Assembly: GCA_965660595.1 (NCBI GenBank) | Contig: CBFIAO010000001.1 | Location: 22,019 to 86,018 of the forward strand | Reading direction: 5' to 3' | DNA length: 64,000 bases | Source: Candidatus Puniceispirillales bacterium | GTDB lineage: Bacteria; Pseudomonadota; Alphaproteobacteria; Puniceispirillales; UBA1172 | In this document: positions 63,713 through 64,000 of the stretch, one piece after another | Numbering within the stretch: position 1 is the stretch's first letter | Layout: each line of letters opens with the position of its first letter | The notes under the pieces: generated by a model | The model's input: only the letters and a program-made list of their open reading frames with translations | Told to the model about the DNA's origin: nothing | Databases searched by the model: none | Made by a program: the position numbers and the translations under genes

Positions 63713-64000
63713 TTACGAGGTTAGGTCCGCACGTGGGATCTTTTTGTCCGGATCAATAAATGGCATCGTGGTTAAGGTTAATTTCCTAACCCCTTCTGCG
63801 GTTTCAACCGTAAGGTTTTCTGCGGTCTCCGGCACATCAGCATCCAGCAATACAAAGCCGATATTTCGGTCCAAGCGCGGTGAATGCACTGCAGATGACA
63901 TTTCCCCCACTTTTTTATCACCTGCGCGCACCGCCCAGCGATGTTCATTATTCTTGGTGAAAGCAGGGCCATCTACAAACGCACCGCGAATCTGTCGTGT
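63713..64000 (-). CDS. GcvT-family aminomethyltransferase (folate-binding), C-terminal ~95 aa; gene runs off the right edge
   Basis: My translation extends the track ORF upstream to the window edge: ...TRQIRGAFVDGPAFTKNNEHRWAVRAGDKKVGEMSSAVHSPRLDRNIGFVLLDADV.... This is a typical GcvT C-terminal barrel (G.vTS...SP.l...ig.a.l). Paralogue identity (GcvT, DmdA or another) cannot be decided from this fragment. Confidence 0.6.
   Translation of the reverse strand, partial: TRQIRGAFVDGPAFTKNNEHRWAVRAGDKKVGEMSSAVHSPRLDRNIGFVLLDADVPETAENLTVETAEGVRKLTLTTMPFIDPDKKIPRADLTS

Overview
This 64-kb window looks like core chromosome of an alphaproteobacterium. That is an inference from gene order only: ffh-rpsP-rimM-trmD-rplS-leuCD-leuB-asd; sdhCDAB-zapE-mdh-sucCDAB-lpdA; atpHAGDC without atpIBEF; rplU-rpmA-obg-proB-proA-nadD-rsfS-rlmH. 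The tight packing (many 1-4 nt overlaps, convergent genes sharing stop codons) suggests a streamlined genome, but taxonomy cannot be fixed without a search. I call 65 protein-coding genes and one tRNA-Gly(GCC). Two genes are cut by the window edges; one of them, galU at the left edge, is missing from the ORF track. I also call a few intrinsic terminators, stem-loops and promoter-like sites, and four in-frame tandem-repeat tracts inside housekeeping genes. About fifteen ORF-track N-termini appear over-extended, and I give revised starts. I saw no rRNA, CRISPR array, transposase, phage integrase, toxin-antitoxin pair or recognisable defence gene. I do not find a convincing novel multi-gene system, and the window is mostly ordinary housekeeping. 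The best leads, all modest: (1) a lone opposite-strand JmjC/cupin-4 oxygenase between lolA and xthA; (2) a tightly coupled four-gene set of largely uncharacterised proteins (thioredoxin-TPR, LON-N domain, Trm112, DUF971); (3) long oppositely charged repeat tails on ribosomal proteins S16 and L21, plus 12-nt repeats in FtsY and Ffh; (4) candidate cis-regulatory RNA structures upstream of rplU, rplS and ffh and between rpmA and obg; (5) a nucleotide-sugar gene cluster split by the tRNA.
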